Origin: a virus
Direction: 5' to 3' (one strand)
IMG/VR virus record: IMGVR_UViG_3300037483_000594
Span: 106,136-170,135 of that record
DNA: 64,000 bases
The position numbers were made by a program, and so were the translations under genes. The notes beneath the pieces were generated by a model. The model did not search any database and was not told where the DNA came from. It saw only the letters and a program-made list of their open reading frames with translations. This document shows positions 17,758 to 27,822 of the stretch, piece after piece (position 1 is the first letter of the stretch; every line of letters begins with the position of its first letter).

Positions 17758-19178
17758 GACGTGCGGTGGCCGAGGCGCTCGGGCTGTGCGGTGAGCTGCT
17801 GAAGCTTGCCAAGGAGTTCGCCCCGGGTATCCCCGCCCGCAAGATAGAAGACATCCCCACCGTGCCCCACGAAGGGGAGAACAAGACCTGGCAGTTTAGC
17901 GCAGCGAAGCACCCCGCTGCCGTCCGGGGTGACCACATCGACCTGAGGTTGGTCGACGAGCGCGGGCGCGCCCACTCCTGGGCTACCAACCGTCTCCCCG
18001 AGCCTGGAGAGGGCTCCTTTGCGGCACAGCAGCCAACGCACACAGGACGGTACGCCTTGCGGAAAAAGCCGTTTGCTATCCCTCCTGGGTACGGGGGTAC
18101 GCGCCCGGGGGAGAAGGTGACCCCCCTCGTGGTGCAGCCCACCGAGGTGATCAGCGCCAACAACGAGCGTGTGCACCTGCTCCGACACCACGGCCAAGAG
18201 ACTGACGAGCTCGTTCTCCGCAAGCTCCCGGTCACGGAGGGCAAGAAGCCACTGTGGATGTTGCGTAACGTCACCAAGCGCCGCGGGGACCTCCCCGACT
18301 ACAAGCCGAAGTACAAGGACACACGCCCGGCGGACATAGACTTCGAGAACACCGACCAGGTCATGCTCCCGAAGCTGGACGGAAGCCATGCGCTCCTTGA
18401 GCTGAACAACGGAGAGATGATGCGCGTGTACTCCTACCGCCCCACTGCGCGCAAGACCGGGGTCATCGAGCACACTTTCAAGTTCCCCGGTTTTCAAAAT
18501 GTGAAGGGCACCCCCGAGACCGCAAGGACCTTGGTCCGGGCGGAGGTGTGGGGCTCGGACAAAGCGGGGAAGGCCATCTCGGCAGCGCAGTTGGGTGGTA
18601 TCCTGAACTCGTCTGTCCCCAACGCCCGGCGCAAGCTGGACGAGGGTGTGCTCATGCGGCTGACCGGGATCGATGTGGTACGTCACAAAGGGAAGAACAT
18701 GGAGGGTGCTCCCTTCGGGGAGAAGCTCAAGGTCCTCCAACAGGTCACCGACGCCACCAAGGGGGTCGTTGAACTCCCGGAGATGGCGCGCACCGCGGAA
18801 GAGAAACGGAAGCTCCTCTCCGCTATCGAGAGCGGCAGCTACCCAGCCACAAAAGAGGGAGTCGTTCTCCGCTCTTTAAAAAGTGGGGCTCCTCCAGTAC
18901 GCTCCAAGTTCAGACCGGACACTGATGTTTACGTGACCGGGGTGTTTACGAAGCCGAGGGGGGAAGCGCGGGGGATGGCAGGGGGGTTCACGTACTCGCA
19001 CGCCCCCGGGGGGCCGACGGTGGGCCGGGTGGGGACAGGGTTCACACAGGCGGAACGCCAGCGCATGCTGCGTGCCCCAGAGGAGTACGTGGGGAGGGCA
19101 GCCAAGGTGCTAAGCCTTGGGAAGACGGAGGGTGCGCTCCGGGCACCGAGCTTTGCGGAGTGGCATCTCGACAAGTAG
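17754..19178 (+). CDS. LigD-like protein: 3'-phosphoesterase domain, ATP-dependent DNA ligase and OB fold, with KxA leader
   Basis: PE motif KHPAAVRGDHIDLRL..HSWA; ligase motif I KLDG, EGVVL, OB VGTGFT..LRAPSF; GTGA overlap with the protease stop. Confidence 0.82.
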   Translation: MRRAVAEALGLCGELLKLAKEFAPGIPARKIEDIPTVPHEGENKTWQFSAAKHPAAVRGDHIDLRLVDERGRAHSWATNRLPEPGEGSFAAQQPTHTGRYALRKKPFAIPPGYGGTRPGEKVTPLVVQPTEVISANNERVHLLRHHGQETDELVLRKLPVTEGKKPLWMLRNVTKRRGDLPDYKPKYKDTRPADIDFENTDQVMLPKLDGSHALLELNNGEMMRVYSYRPTARKTGVIEHTFKFPGFQNVKGTPETARTLVRAEVWGSDKAGKAISAAQLGGILNSSVPNARRKLDEGVLMRLTGIDVVRHKGKNMEGAPFGEKLKVLQQVTDATKGVVELPEMARTAEEKRKLLSAIESGSYPATKEGVVLRSLKSGAPPVRSKFRPDTDVYVTGVFTKPRGEARGMAGGFTYSHAPGGPTVGRVGTGFTQAERQRMLRAPEEYVGRAAKVLSLGKTEGALRAPSFAEWHLDK

Positions 19179-19187
19179 GAGGGTGTT

Positions 19188-20051
19188 GTGGCAAAGACAG
19201 CCGAGTACCTGGACTTCTCGTACATCCCGCCAGAGACCGAGGCAGAGCTGAACAGGGACCTGCGGAGAGCGCACAAGTTCATCGACACCTCCAAGCTGGC
19301 CTCACAGGAAAAAGAGGCCATCATCGACAAACAGGTGCGCAGCAACTTCGAGGGCAACCTGAACGCCTTTACCGCCGCCGAGCCCTCACTGCCCACAGGG
19401 CTCCTTAACACGCTCGGCTCTGCCCTCTCCGAAGCGCTCTCCTCTTCCGGCGGGATGGTCATCGTTATCAAGCCCCGGGAGTTCCAGCGTATGTACCTCG
19501 GCCACCTCGGCCGCCGCGACGTTGCTGACCAGCTCGACCAGTGTCACGGCATGTTCCGCCCCGGCGCTCCCCCAGACCCCGACTTTTTAATGGGTGACAC
19601 CATCGTCCCCAAGATCCTGCAGGCGCTCATGCCCCTCATGCAGGACCGCAGTGCCATGGCCCCCTGCATCCACCGACGGGTCGTGCTCAGTGGAGTGATC
19701 AAACCCCGAGGGAACTCTGATCAGTTTATCGAACATCCGTTGATGGACAAGATTTCGAGCGCGTACAGTGCGTACCGGCAGCAGCTTTTGTACAACCTTC
19801 CGGAGTTGGTAAAAAGCGCGTCGCGCACAGAAGAGATGCGACACTTTTTCAACGAGCTGTCCGGGGGTGATCACTCTTGGATTGCGAAGACGGCGTCTTC
19901 TATGATGGAATCAACGTTAACGATGTTGCCGATTTCGTATGTTAACTGTGCTCATCTCTCTGGTCCTGTGAGCCCCTTCGTGTCCGACAACTGCTCTTAC
20001 AGGGGGCTGCAGAAGGCAGGAGCTTACGCACAGGCCAGTGGTTTGGTGTAG
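19188..20051 (+). CDS. KxA-rich head or scaffold-like protein, possibly the detached C-terminal part of the protease
   Basis: MAKTAE, SKLAS, EKEAI, VKSAS, AKTAS. Confidence 0.6.
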   Translation: MAKTAEYLDFSYIPPETEAELNRDLRRAHKFIDTSKLASQEKEAIIDKQVRSNFEGNLNAFTAAEPSLPTGLLNTLGSALSEALSSSGGMVIVIKPREFQRMYLGHLGRRDVADQLDQCHGMFRPGAPPDPDFLMGDTIVPKILQALMPLMQDRSAMAPCIHRRVVLSGVIKPRGNSDQFIEHPLMDKISSAYSAYRQQLLYNLPELVKSASRTEEMRHFFNELSGGDHSWIAKTASSMMESTLTMLPISYVNCAHLSGPVSPFVSDNCSYRGLQKAGAYAQASGLV

Positions 20052-20108
20052 GTCACGTCAGTGCCCGATGATCGCCAACAGTTAACAAGCGGCTAACAGG
20101 AGGAAACA

Positions 20109-20987
20109 ATGGACGAGACCTACGAGTGGCTCAAGGGATACTTTGGGATGGACAAAGAGGCGAGTGCGGCCAAGGAGCAGGAAGTCTCCGTGGCCCAAGA
20201 GAAGATCGCCTCGGACCTGCTGTTCGCGCGGAGTGCCGTCGAACAGCTCGAGAAGGACGCCGCGGCGTCCGGTGTCGACCTGACGCAGTACGATGATGAC
20301 GCCATCCTGCAGCTCGCGCTCGAGCGGGCGCAGGGCACCCAGGAGAAGACCGCTGGTCAGCAGATGACCCCGGAGCAGGAGTTCGTGGAGCTGCACAAGT
20401 TCGCCGGGCAGATCCAGGGCTTCTCCGCGTTCCAGACGCTGCAACAGCTCCTGAAGGAGGGCGCGGCGGCCGAAGAGGTGGCGAGCGCGAGTGGGAAGCT
20501 GAAGAATCTCGGCTCCAAGGCCTGGGACGCACTGAAGGGCGCGGAGCGCAAGGCCAGCGGCGCCGTGGGCGATGCCACCCGCACGTCCGGGCAGAAGAGC
20601 AAGGCGTGGGAAGACGCGGCCAAGTCGGTCAAGGAGGAAGAGTCCGCCCTGCTCTCACCTCGCGGGAAGATGAACCTGACGGAACAGCGGGTGAAGGACG
20701 AGCAGTTGTCCCGTGGCCGGAAGATCATCGGCGGCACGGCGGCAGCCCTGGGTGTCGGTGGAGCCGGTGCGGTGGCAGCCACCAAGAAGGACGGCAAGAC
20801 CGCCGAGGCGTCCGCGGTGGAGAACCTGATCGAGCTCCGACAGATCGACATGCTCAAGGAGGCCGGGTACGTGGACCAAAACGGGAACGTCGTGGCCCCC
20901 GATGCGCCGCAGGAGAAGACTGCGGAGTTCATGTCCGCGATCGACGCGGAAGCGCTGCGCCGCTTGCACAAGCTCGGCTACCGCTAA
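20109..20987 (+). CDS. KxA-rich head or scaffold-like protein
   Basis: AGGAGG RBS; DKEAS, EKIAS, EKTAG, LKEAG, EKTAE. Confidence 0.65.
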   Translation: MDETYEWLKGYFGMDKEASAAKEQEVSVAQEKIASDLLFARSAVEQLEKDAAASGVDLTQYDDDAILQLALERAQGTQEKTAGQQMTPEQEFVELHKFAGQIQGFSAFQTLQQLLKEGAAAEEVASASGKLKNLGSKAWDALKGAERKASGAVGDATRTSGQKSKAWEDAAKSVKEEESALLSPRGKMNLTEQRVKDEQLSRGRKIIGGTAAALGVGGAGAVAATKKDGKTAEASAVENLIELRQIDMLKEAGYVDQNGNVVAPDAPQEKTAEFMSAIDAEALRRLHKLGYR

Positions 20988-21002
20988 CCCAGGAGGTGTG
21001 AC

Positions 21003-22397
21003 ATGAATCGCATTGCAGAGCTTGTTCAACGGAGTCTTCACCGGACTTCTGGGATGCAGAAGCTGGCTGAGGACATCGTTGACAAGCGGTGTGAGCAGTG
21101 CGGGAAGGCGATCCCTCCGGACACCGAGCTTTGTGAAGAGTGCGCAGCCCAAAAGGCTGCCACAGAGGCGCAGAGCATGGGTGCCGAAGGGCCAGCACCC
21201 GCACTCGAGGTCACCGCAGGGCTCCTTGACCCGGCAAGGGTCGAGAAGCTGGCCATGGCGATGGACTACCTGGCCGCGAACCCGCATACGGTCGACTGGG
21301 CTGACGTGATCAAACGGTCTTCGGACATGGGTGCGCCGATGACCGACGAGAACTCTCCGCCACCCCCGGCATCGACCATCGAGCTGGGCTCCTCCAAGGA
21401 GCACCCCACCCTGGACAACCCCCTGAAGCCCGGTGGGGAGCCTGGGGAGCTGCGCACCGACGAGAACGTGGTGCCCGAGATGGCGCCAAAGACTGCTGCT
21501 ATCAACCCGCACATAACCGACGTCCTCTCCACGATTCGTGGAGCTGCTATCCCGACAGGAGTTGGGGCGGGTACCCTGCTGGGCACGGGGGTTGGGGCTG
21601 CGACAGGTGCTCTTGCCGCTGGGGAAGACCAGCGTGGCGCAGGAGCGTTGCGTGGGGCACTCATCGGCGCCGGTACCGGTGCAGTCGGTGGTGGTCTTCA
21701 AGGGTTGGCGCTTCGGCGGGGCGCCGGGCACGCCATAGAGGGGTTGGAAACGATTTCGGACCCGGCGCTGCTCGCCCGGCTCGGGCAGGAAAAACTCCCG
21801 TCCAATGCGTTCAGGGATCTTATGAAGGACCCGGACATGGCGACGGCCATCATGGGGTCTGGCATAGATGGCCGCATTGGCAAGGCAGGAGTTGCGCTCA
21901 GCGCAGCGGGGGCACTGGCAGGCGCTCCGCTCCTGGCGAGCCAGCTTCGTGGTGTCCCCGAGGAGATGGAGGTCACGGCCTCCGCTTTGGTCCGCCGGAT
22001 CATGAAAAAGGCGGAAGCAACACTCAACCCTGAGGACAGGCCACCTCAGGAACGTCCTGCAGAGGTAACACAGCAGGAAGCGTTGATCGCTCCGGTGGAC
22101 GGAGCACTCAACCTCACCCCTGAGCAGGCGGCTGCGGTACCGAAGAAGCAAATGGGCGATTTGCTGGACGAGCCGATGCAGAGCGCACAGACCGACCCGG
22201 TCATCCAACAGGCGTTTAGCCCCGAGATGGTGGCCGACGCGGGCGCGAAGGTCGCGTCTTCCGCGTTGATCAGCAAGCTCGCGGCTGAGCTCTGTTCGTG
22301 TGGCGGGGCCGGGACCTGCGGTCCCTGCAAGATCAAGACGGCAGCCATGAAGAGCACTGCTGCACAGGCCATGCGGCAGTCAGGAGGACGACGATGA
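21003..22397 (+). CDS. KxA-rich protein with zinc-finger-like and glycine-zipper segments
   Basis: CEQC..CEEC; GVGAGTLLGTGVGAATGALAAG; QKLAE, AKVAS, SKLAA; CSC..CGPC. Confidence 0.65.
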   Translation: MNRIAELVQRSLHRTSGMQKLAEDIVDKRCEQCGKAIPPDTELCEECAAQKAATEAQSMGAEGPAPALEVTAGLLDPARVEKLAMAMDYLAANPHTVDWADVIKRSSDMGAPMTDENSPPPPASTIELGSSKEHPTLDNPLKPGGEPGELRTDENVVPEMAPKTAAINPHITDVLSTIRGAAIPTGVGAGTLLGTGVGAATGALAAGEDQRGAGALRGALIGAGTGAVGGGLQGLALRRGAGHAIEGLETISDPALLARLGQEKLPSNAFRDLMKDPDMATAIMGSGIDGRIGKAGVALSAAGALAGAPLLASQLRGVPEEMEVTASALVRRIMKKAEATLNPEDRPPQERPAEVTQQEALIAPVDGALNLTPEQAAAVPKKQMGDLLDEPMQSAQTDPVIQQAFSPEMVADAGAKVASSALISKLAAELCSCGGAGTCGPCKIKTAAMKSTAAQAMRQSGGRR

Positions 22398-22759
22398 ACA
22401 AGGTAGCATCGGAAAACGTCCTCGCTGTCCTGCGAGCTGCTGGCCCCACTCTCCGCAAGCTGGCTTCTGAGAACCAGAGGCTGCAGGCGGAGAACGGGCG
22501 TATGCGCCGGGTCATCGAGCAGAAGGAACTCGCAGAACGAGTGGAGAAGGTGGCCAGCGAAGCCTTTGCCAAGGACCTTTCGCTGGGTACTTTCGACGAG
22601 ACTCGTGCTTTCTTCGCGAAGAAGGCAGCGGAAGGACAACTCTCCGAGTGGGAGAAGGCCACGAAGCTCGCGGCGCGACGGTTCGATTTGGGGCAGCCCG
22701 GGTCCACCCAGAACGGTGGGTCTGCGCTGGAACGGTTCCTACTGGAAGGTGAGGTTTAA
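22394..22759 (+). CDS. Putative scaffolding protein (coiled coil)
   Basis: AGGAGG RBS; NKVAS, RKLAS, EKVAS; ends ALERFLLEG; just upstream of the capsid genes. Confidence 0.55.
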   Translation: MNKVASENVLAVLRAAGPTLRKLASENQRLQAENGRMRRVIEQKELAERVEKVASEAFAKDLSLGTFDETRAFFAKKAAEGQLSEWEKATKLAARRFDLGQPGSTQNGGSALERFLLEGEV

Positions 22760-22761
22760 CA

Positions 22762-23226
22762 ATGGCAAAGGTCAGGACATTCGAGGTGCTTTCCCCTCTG
22801 AAGAGTCTCGAGATCAAGTCAGTGTCGGTCGACGACCCCGCACTGCTGGACTTCGAGAACGCGAACCCGCTCGAGGAGGGGGAGTGGCTGGTGCTCAACA
22901 CGGACGGTGAGGCAGTGCGCCCCACCGTGTCCCCGTCGATCGCTGAGGCAGGGCCCTACGCCCTGTTCGCGGAGAAGGGGCGCTCCGATACACAGATGGC
23001 GCGGAAGGTGCCGCTTATCATGGGCGGCTCTTTCCTCTTCCGCACCAAGATCTTCACGACGAACGCGCTGCTGGTCCCTGGGGCGGCAGTCGAAGTGGCC
23101 ACCGTGGTCTATGACGGGCTTAACAGGGCCGGGTTGCAGCTTTTCACCGCTGGCAAGGCGGTTGGGCATGTCATTCGGGCGGAAGACGCCGATGGCTGGT
23201 TGACGGTGCAGTACACCGCTTCGTAA
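22762..23226 (+). CDS. Putative capsid decoration/cement protein
   Basis: 154-aa beta-rich ORF immediately before the major capsid gene. Confidence 0.55.
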   Translation: MAKVRTFEVLSPLKSLEIKSVSVDDPALLDFENANPLEEGEWLVLNTDGEAVRPTVSPSIAEAGPYALFAEKGRSDTQMARKVPLIMGGSFLFRTKIFTTNALLVPGAAVEVATVVYDGLNRAGLQLFTAGKAVGHVIRAEDADGWLTVQYTAS

Positions 23227-23236
23227 GGAGAAGAAC

Positions 23237-24361
23237 ATGTTGGACAGTAGGACTGCGCAGCTCAACAACGCCTTCATGGAGAAGGTGGCCTCGGCCCCTG
23301 ACAAGCTGGCGCGAGCAACTTCCTCGACGATCGAAGACCACATGCGGGAAGCCGCGTTCGTGCGCTCGATCCTCACGTTCAAGGACGTGAGCCCGGACGA
23401 CCCGTTCATCAAGAACAGCACCCACACGGACACCCTGGTGGCGGTGGTCGGGATTCAGCCTGACTCTCGCGCCATGGTCGTCGACTTTCGTGGGCGGCCT
23501 GACGCACAGCTCGTGTCCGGACAGCGCGTGGAGGTCGGGTTCTTCACGATCTCCTCACAGCTCTTCCAGGCCTACGAGATCGAGCTCTTGGCCTACGACG
23601 AGTCGATCACCAAGCGGATCGAAGAGCAGAGCGCCCTGGACATCGAGGAGATCGAGGACCGGGAGTGGATCATCCACACCGACGCGGCCGTCCAGGCCAT
23701 GCAGACCGAGTTCAACGGTGGGGCGGTCACCTCGCTGCACGAGACCACCATCACCGCCGGGACCGTCCGGGAGTACTCGGTGGCCAAGAGTGCGTGGGCG
23801 CGTGTGGACACCAACAACAACGCGTTCAAGTGGCCCACCCTCAAGCAGGACCTGGTGCGCGGGCAACAGATGATGGTGGAGCGTCGTCTGCGGGCAGAGA
23901 CCGTGCTGCTCCCGGACACCAACTACCTCGACCTGTTCCTGTGGACGGTCGACGAGACCGGGCAGCTCATCCCCAGCGAGACCGCCACCGACGGATGGAA
24001 GTCCGAGAAGGTGGTCGGGCTGAAGATGTTGCGGTCGATCAAGCACGACATCCTGCGCCCAGGGAACGTGTACTTCTACCCCGCGGAGAAGTACTTGGGC
24101 GTGGCGTTCAGGCTGCAGAAGCTGCAGTTCTGGATCGACAAGGAGCAGGACCTCATCGAGTGGAGGTGCTGGGAGATCATCGCCATGGCGTTGATCAACA
24201 TCGGTGCCCCCACCAAGATCGAGACCTACTCCGGGGATGCCACCACCCTCGACGCGAACGCTATCGCTGCCAACGTGCAGCCGGTGGCCGAGTCGGCAGT
24301 GGGCATCACCAACAACCGCGTCGAAGACGACCTCATCTTCCCCCAGATCAAGTTCTACTAG
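23237..24361 (+). CDS. Major capsid protein (HK97 fold)
   Basis: 374 aa, strongly biased codon usage, position after protease, scaffold and decoration genes; REAAFVRSIL and IEEIEDREW patterns. Confidence 0.75.
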   Translation: MLDSRTAQLNNAFMEKVASAPDKLARATSSTIEDHMREAAFVRSILTFKDVSPDDPFIKNSTHTDTLVAVVGIQPDSRAMVVDFRGRPDAQLVSGQRVEVGFFTISSQLFQAYEIELLAYDESITKRIEEQSALDIEEIEDREWIIHTDAAVQAMQTEFNGGAVTSLHETTITAGTVREYSVAKSAWARVDTNNNAFKWPTLKQDLVRGQQMMVERRLRAETVLLPDTNYLDLFLWTVDETGQLIPSETATDGWKSEKVVGLKMLRSIKHDILRPGNVYFYPAEKYLGVAFRLQKLQFWIDKEQDLIEWRCWEIIAMALINIGAPTKIETYSGDATTLDANAIAANVQPVAESAVGITNNRVEDDLIFPQIKFY

Positions 24362-24407
24362 TTGAAGTAGCCTCACCTCTTCAGTAGTATAAGAAGAGGA
24401 GGCTAGC

Positions 24408-25037
24408 TTGTTTATTATCGTTGGAAATCTGTGCCCCGGTGTACCCGCACCTCAGCAGTTGAGTTCGGTGAAAAGACCGCACAGCATTCGGCTCGGCGGG
24501 CAGATAACCGTTTCGGCGACGGGGGTGGTCGGGGTGACCGGGAAGTTTGTCCAAAGGTTCGCAAAGGAACTCGCTGCCCACACAGCCGCCAGGGTCCTGA
24601 CGGTGCACAAAGACTATCTCCGGAGTCCGGCCCTGAGCAGTGCGGAGCTCCTGGCTCTCGGTGCCGAGTCACCCCCAAAGGTGGTGCTCCCCCTCGCAGA
24701 AAGCGTGGAACTCCAGGATGAGGTGTCCGCCGCCACGGAGTTTGTGGGGCAGCTCTCTTCGTCTGCGGCCCCAGCGCCTGTTGGGCAGCTTTTGGACATT
24801 GTGCCGGAGACTGTGGCGAGCGTCGGGCAGCTTCCGTTGTCGGAGACGGTAACCGAGGTTGCAGATGCGCTCCCCGAGCCGCCCGACGCACCCCCAGCCG
24901 AGCCACAGGCTCCTGGTCTCGAGGACATGACACGCCCAGAGCTGATCGACTTCCTCGGCGCACACGGTGTCGAGGTGAAGGAGATCCGGATGCTGAAAAA
25001 GGCTGAGCTGCTCGAAAAGGCAAAGGCCTTGTCATGA
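24408..25037 (+). CDS. Hypothetical protein with Pro-rich linker and C-terminal helix-extension-helix-like motif
   Basis: GAGGAGG RBS, TTG start; LEDMTRPELIDFL..LKKAELLE. Confidence 0.6.
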   Translation: MFIIVGNLCPGVPAPQQLSSVKRPHSIRLGGQITVSATGVVGVTGKFVQRFAKELAAHTAARVLTVHKDYLRSPALSSAELLALGAESPPKVVLPLAESVELQDEVSAATEFVGQLSSSAAPAPVGQLLDIVPETVASVGQLPLSETVTEVADALPEPPDAPPAEPQAPGLEDMTRPELIDFLGAHGVEVKEIRMLKKAELLEKAKALS

Positions 25038-25297
25038 TCATCTTCAACCTCACCGACAGACTACCCGGCAGCTCGCCTATCCCGGTCAAGGTCGCAGGGC
25101 TCTGCATCCAGCCCGGGGAAAGCGGTCTGGTACCGGAGGGCAGGGTGCGTCGTGCGAAGCTCGCTGGCCTGGAACAGGCGGGGCTGATCAGCATAGGCGC
25201 CCTTCCGGAGTGGTACAAAACCTCGGTCAAGGCGGAGACCTTCAAGCCAAAGAAACGGCGGAGGGTAGAAGATGACCATTCAACAAGACGCGACTAG
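25034..25297 (+). CDS. Small hypothetical protein
   Basis: ATGA overlap; N-terminus (MIIFNL) resembles that of the upstream ORF. Confidence 0.55.
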   Translation: MIIFNLTDRLPGSSPIPVKVAGLCIQPGESGLVPEGRVRRAKLAGLEQAGLISIGALPEWYKTSVKAETFKPKKRRRVEDDHSTRRD

Positions 25298-25784
25298 CTC
25301 TGCTCAAAAGATCGGGTCTTTTGTCGCGCTGGTGCGGAACTTCCTGCGGGACACCCCGGAACTGAACCGCCTTGTAGCTGGGGTCGAGTCCAGTGATCGG
25401 GACATAGCGAGCGCCATGCTGGTGGTCCTGAGCGAGTTCAACTCCGAACCCCCTCCGCTGCGCCTGCACACCTTCGAGGACTTTCTGCAGCGCGGGTGGG
25501 TCTACCCGCTCATAAAGGGGGTGGTGGCCTACCTGCTGCGGTCTGTGTGCCTCTTGCAGACGCGGAACGAGCTTTCGTACAGTGACGGGGGCGTGTCCGT
25601 CAGTACCTCTAACCACGGACCCACGCTCATGGGCTACGCCGAGCGCTACAGTGCGGAGTGGGCGGACTGGACCAAGAAAACGAAGATCAGTCTGAACATC
25701 CAGAACGCGCTCGGGCACTCCGGGGCGTCGAGTGTGTACGCCACTATCAACGGTCTCGACGAGTATCTTGAGACACTCCCGTAG
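25272..25784 (+). CDS. Putative head-tail adaptor (neck) protein
   Basis: VRNFLRD..NRL, LSYSDGGVSV; position after the capsid gene. Confidence 0.6.
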   Translation: MTIQQDATSSAQKIGSFVALVRNFLRDTPELNRLVAGVESSDRDIASAMLVVLSEFNSEPPPLRLHTFEDFLQRGWVYPLIKGVVAYLLRSVCLLQTRNELSYSDGGVSVSTSNHGPTLMGYAERYSAEWADWTKKTKISLNIQNALGHSGASSVYATINGLDEYLETLP

Positions 25785-25809
25785 GGTATGATGGGGGGCA
25801 GGAGAGCAC

Positions 25810-26949
25810 ATGTGGGTTCAAAGGCGTTTCGCACAGCACCAGGATCTTCTTAGCTTCCTAAACGGTGACCTGTTTGGGTCCACGGACATCACGGACGGAG
25901 TGGCCGTCGACGGTCTGACCTTCATCATTGACGTGGGGGCCGGGAACGTCACCACCACCTTCGCTCCCGCCCTGGGGCGTCCCTGGACCCCGGAAGAGGT
26001 GCTCACTGCCATAAACGCGGCGATGGGAGACACGGTGGCCACTCTCTGGGTCGGGAAGCCCGACCCGGTGGCCAGGACCACCCCCAGGCGCCTGCGCGTG
26101 AGCTACTCCCCCTCCGCTATCGTGCGGCTCGCCGGGACCGCCAACGCCCTGTTGGGGTTCAGTGCGGCGGCCGACACGGTACAGACCCCCGTGGACCCAG
26201 CCACGGTGCTGAGCGTCGACTTCGAGATCGAGACCCCAGGGCACACGTGGGTCGTGACGTACAACGATCAGGGAGTGGGGGCCGGCGGGGATGTCAACCT
26301 TGTGGAGATCGCTGGCGCCCCTGTGGCCACCACCGTGCTCCCGGGGGTGCTCCCTGTGGTAGGGACCGTGGCTCATGACTCTCCGGACGACGGCTCTGAG
26401 CCACTGAAGGTCGGTGGGACCGTGCGAGCCGTGCTACCCACGCTGGCCAACGGTGACAGGGCTGGCTTCTCTACCGACACGGAAACCAGGCTTCATGTCC
26501 GCAACCCCTCCTATGACTCCTTTGTCCAGGCTGACGCTGGGGTAAACCTCAACAACGATTCCCTCGCAGACAAGGGAGAGGTGCTAGCGGCCCTGACCAA
26601 CCAGGCAGATGGTACGTACGACTACTACTTCAACCCGCGAGGCTACGGAAAGTTCGCTCTTCAGTACCTGTTGAACGGCGGAACTGCCCCCGGCACGGGC
26701 GTGACGATGACCATTGCCGGGACCTGGCAAGACGACGGTACAGCGGACAGCGCTTGTGTCTACCAAGACGTGACTTCCACGCTGACTGGGTTGGCCTCGA
26801 TCGTGGCGGCAACGGGGGCAACGAACAACGGGGTTATTCTCGACACCTGGGGAGTCTTGCGCGAAGCAAAGTACATCCGAGTCAAGATCGTTGCACAGTC
26901 TACGGGTGCCTCCGCCGACTGGACTCTCTGGGCGAGGAGCAAGTTCTAG
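25810..26949 (+). CDS. Putative virion structural protein
   Basis: Thr/Gly/Val-rich beta protein; N-terminal domain resembles the tail-sheath insertion domain. Confidence 0.55.
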   Translation: MWVQRRFAQHQDLLSFLNGDLFGSTDITDGVAVDGLTFIIDVGAGNVTTTFAPALGRPWTPEEVLTAINAAMGDTVATLWVGKPDPVARTTPRRLRVSYSPSAIVRLAGTANALLGFSAAADTVQTPVDPATVLSVDFEIETPGHTWVVTYNDQGVGAGGDVNLVEIAGAPVATTVLPGVLPVVGTVAHDSPDDGSEPLKVGGTVRAVLPTLANGDRAGFSTDTETRLHVRNPSYDSFVQADAGVNLNNDSLADKGEVLAALTNQADGTYDYYFNPRGYGKFALQYLLNGGTAPGTGVTMTIAGTWQDDGTADSACVYQDVTSTLTGLASIVAATGATNNGVILDTWGVLREAKYIRVKIVAQSTGASADWTLWARSKF

Positions 26950-26996
26950 TGGTCTTAATCCGGTTGGTGACGATCGCTGGGTAAGGAGTAAACTCA

Positions 26997-27500
26997 ATGC
27001 CAGTTTTTAGCCCTCAGAGCCTTTTAGTTACCATACTCCGGCATCACCACAACCGTGAGCGGTGGTACGGTGACGCAGCCGCGCCCAACGCAGGAGTTCA
27101 TGAGGCAGACCCAGTCGGGCCTAGCCTCGCTCCTTTTGCCCTCGATGCGGGTAACAACGCCTTCGGGGCGTGGGTTCCTATCAAGGGCTCTTCGGACGTG
27201 TTCGGGAAAGTCGGATCAGTGTACTTCGACATGCACAGAATCGGGGTCGTGGCCGCGGAAAGAACGCAGCCTTACTTCATTCAGTTTGCTTTCGGTCCAG
27301 ACCCCAACGCTGCTGTCGCCGCGGATGACTTCACGACGGTCGAGTACACTCCGGTCACGGGGGCTATTGACTCTGCGCCTGTTGAAGTACTGTGTGAGCC
27401 CTTGCCGATAGCGACGGTGGTGAACGCGCGGTGTATCTGTCCAAACCAAGACACCGCAACCATCAGCTTCTTTGTGGGGGCTCATGGCTACCCGGATTGA
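26997..27500 (+). CDS. Hypothetical, probably structural, protein
   Basis: AAGGAG RBS; beta-rich. Confidence 0.6.
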   Translation: MPVFSPQSLLVTILRHHHNRERWYGDAAAPNAGVHEADPVGPSLAPFALDAGNNAFGAWVPIKGSSDVFGKVGSVYFDMHRIGVVAAERTQPYFIQFAFGPDPNAAVAADDFTTVEYTPVTGAIDSAPVEVLCEPLPIATVVNARCICPNQDTATISFFVGAHGYPD

Positions 27501-27528
27501 TAAGCTGAAAAAAGGGGAGGTAACTCTC

Positions 27529-27819
27529 ATGTCCATGACACCAGCAGATGAATCCACTATCGCGGCCTGGGCGGCAAGCTTGACGGAAGACGATATCCCA
27601 GCTCCTCCCCCAGAACCACCACCACCAGACCCTATCACAGCAGGAACCCTCAACCGGGTGAGGAATCAACTGAACAAGAGGAACGGGGTGAAAACCCCTT
27701 TAGAACTCCAAACCAGAGAAAAGGTGGAGTTCAATAAGCGCTACTCTCTGGAACAGATGGAAGCGGTCGTCGCCGCATTCTGGGCACGTATCGCTGAAAT
27801 CCAGAACCCCCCGGAGTAG
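27529..27819 (+). CDS. Hypothetical protein
   Basis: GGAGG RBS; Pro-rich linker. Confidence 0.55.
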   Translation: MSMTPADESTIAAWAASLTEDDIPAPPPEPPPPDPITAGTLNRVRNQLNKRNGVKTPLELQTREKVEFNKRYSLEQMEAVVAAFWARIAEIQNPPE

Positions 27820-27822
27820 CCA

